Under the pieces are notes generated by a model. That model was not told where the DNA came from, did no database searches, and saw nothing but the letters and a program-made list of their open reading frames with translations. 64,000 nucleotides of DNA from Squalus acanthias (taxonomy: Eukaryota), in the NCBI GenBank assembly GCA_030390025.1, contig CM059432.1, forward strand, positions 67,334,001 to 67,398,000, written 5' to 3'. Of the stretch, positions 61,747 to 64,000 are shown piece by piece; position 1 is the stretch's first letter, and each line of letters opens with the position of its first letter. The position numbers were made by a program, and so were the translations under genes.

Positions 61747-64000
61747 AATCATAGAATCATAGAAATTTACAGCACAGAGGGAGGCCATTCAGCCCATCTT
61801 GTCCGTGCCAACTGACAAAGAGCTATCCACCCTAATCCCACTTTCCAGCTCTTGGTCCGTAGCCTTGTAGGTTATGACACTTCAAGTGCATATCCAAGTA
61901 CTTTTTAAATGTGTTAAGGGTCTCTGCCTCTACCACCCTTTCAGGCAGTGAGTTCCAGACCCCCACCACCCTCTGGATGAAAATGTTTCTCCTCAAATCC
62001 CCTCTAAACCTCCGACCAATTACTTTAAATCTATGCCCCCTGGTTATTGACCCCTCTGCTAAGGGAAACAGGTTCTTCCTATCCACTCTATCTAGGCCCC
62101 TCATAATTTTATACACCTCAATTAGGTCTCCCCTCAACCTCCTCTGTTCCAAAGAAAACAACCCCAGCCTATCCAATCTTTCCTCATAGCTAAAATTCCC
62201 CAGCCCAGGCAACATCCTCATAAATCTCCTCTGCACCCCCTCTAGTGCAATCACATCCTTCCTGTAATGTGGTGACCAGAACTGCATGCAGTATTCTAGT
62301 TGTGGCCTAATTAGTGTTTTATACTGTTCAAGCATAACCTCCCTGCTCTTATATTCTATGCCTCGGCTAATAAAGGCAAGTATCCCGTATGCCTTCTTAA
62401 CCACCTTATCTACCTGTCCTGCTACCTTCAGGGATCTATGGACATGCACTCCAAGGTCCCTCTGATCTTCTGCACTTCTCAGTGTCTTACCATTTAATGT
62501 GTATTCCCTTGCCTTGTTAGTCCTCCCCAAATGCATTACCTCACACTTCTCCAGATTGAATTCCATTTGCCACTGTTCTGCCCACCTGACCAGTACATTG
62601 ATATCTTCCCGCAGTCTGCAGCTTTCTTCTTCATTATCAACCGCACGGCCAATTTTTGTATCATCTGGAAACTTCTTAATCATACTTCCTACATTCAAGT
62701 CCAAATCATTGATATATACCACAAAAAGCAAAAGACCCAGTACTGAGCCCTGCGGAACCCCACTGGAAATAGCCTTCCAGTCACAAAAACACCCTTCGAC
62801 CATTACCCTTTGCTTCCTGCCTCTGAGCCAATTTTAGATCCAACTTGCCACTTTGCCTTGGATCCCATGGGCTTTTACTTTTGTGACCAGTCTGCGGGAC
62901 CTTATCAAAAGCCTTGCTAAAATCCATATAGACTACATCAAATGCACTATCCTCATCGACCCTCCTTGTTACCTCCTCAAAAAATTCAATCAAGTTAGTC
63001 AGACATGACCTTCTCTTAACAAATCCATGCTGACTGTCCCTGATTAATCCGTGTCTTTCTAAATGAAAATTTATCCTGTCCCTCAGAATTTTTTCCAATA
63101 ATTTTCCCACCACTGAGGTTAGGCTGACTGGCCTGTAATTACTTGGTCTATCCCTTTCTCCCTTTTTAAACAACGGTACCATGTTAGCAGTCCTCCAGTC
63201 CTTTGGCACCACACCTGTAGCCAGAGAGGATTGGAAAATGATGGTCAGAGCCTCTGCTATTTTCTCTCTTACTTCTCTTAACAGTCTGGGATACATTTCA
63301 TCCGGACCTGGGGATTTATCCACTTTCAAAGATGCTAAATCCCTTAATACTTCCTCTTTCACTATGTTTATTTCATCTAATATTTCACACTCCTCCTGCC
63401 TGATTGCAATGTCTGCATCGTCCCTCTCTTTTGTGAAAACAGACGCAAAGTATTCATTAAGAACCATACCCATGTCTTCCGCTTCCACACACAGGTTACC
63501 TTTATGGTCCCTAATAGGCCTTACTCTTACTTTAGTTATCCTTTTTCTCTTAATGTATTTATAAAACATCTTTGTGTTTTCCTTGATTTTCCTTGCCAAT
63601 ATTTTTACATGCCCTCTCTTTGCTTTCCTAATTTCCTTTTTAATTTCCCCATCACTTTCTATACTCCTCTCGGCTTTCTGCAGTATTGAGTCCTCGGTAT
63701 CTGTCATAAGCTTCCCTTTTTTTCTTTATCCTACCCTGTATGCCCCTTGACATCCAGGGAGCTCTAGATTTGTTAATCCACCCTTTTTCTTTAAGGGAAC
63801 ATACTTGCTCTGAACCCTCACTATCCCCTCCTTGAATGCCTCCCACTGCTCTGACATTGATTTACCTTCAAGTTTCTGTCTCCAGTCCACTTTGGCTAAA
63901 TCACCTCTCCGCTTAGTAAAATTAGATTTCCCCCAATTGAGAACTTTAATTCCTGGTCTATCCTTGTCCTTTTCCATAACTACCCTACATCTAACTGAAT
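61747..64000 (-). mobile_element. CR1 LINE ORF2 (frameshifted), running past the window end
   Basis: ORFs 61832-62803, 62781-63707 and 63652-63977; same family as 40327-41868 and 46448-48384. Confidence 0.95.

Overview
Eukaryotic, almost entirely transposon-derived DNA. HE1/V-SINE and Deu-SINE (SacSINE1-like) copies and CR1 LINEs with (TTCTATGA)n-type tails suggest a cartilaginous fish (inference). I found no confident host protein-coding gene, RNA gene or CRISPR array. The window is dominated by about 15 PIF/Harbinger DNA transposons and their non-autonomous derivatives. The best is a near-intact 4.16-kb two-gene element (16925-21083) with TIRs and a TAT TSD. It has a 3-exon Myb/SANT-like gene facing a DDE transposase broken only by one TGA, and it sits inside an older Harbinger, which in turn sits inside a SINE. 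There is also a full-length CsRn1-type Gypsy LTR retrotransposon (54272-59690) in a multi-layer nest, plus many CR1, L2 and other LINE fragments. The most interesting signals beyond standard annotation are a shared palindromic target-site preference, TGACAG dyad hairpins recurring across different Harbinger-type families, a conserved exon structure of the accessory gene, and non-canonical ...CAATA LTR ends. Boundaries with TIR/TSD support were read base by base; degraded LINE boundaries are approximate.
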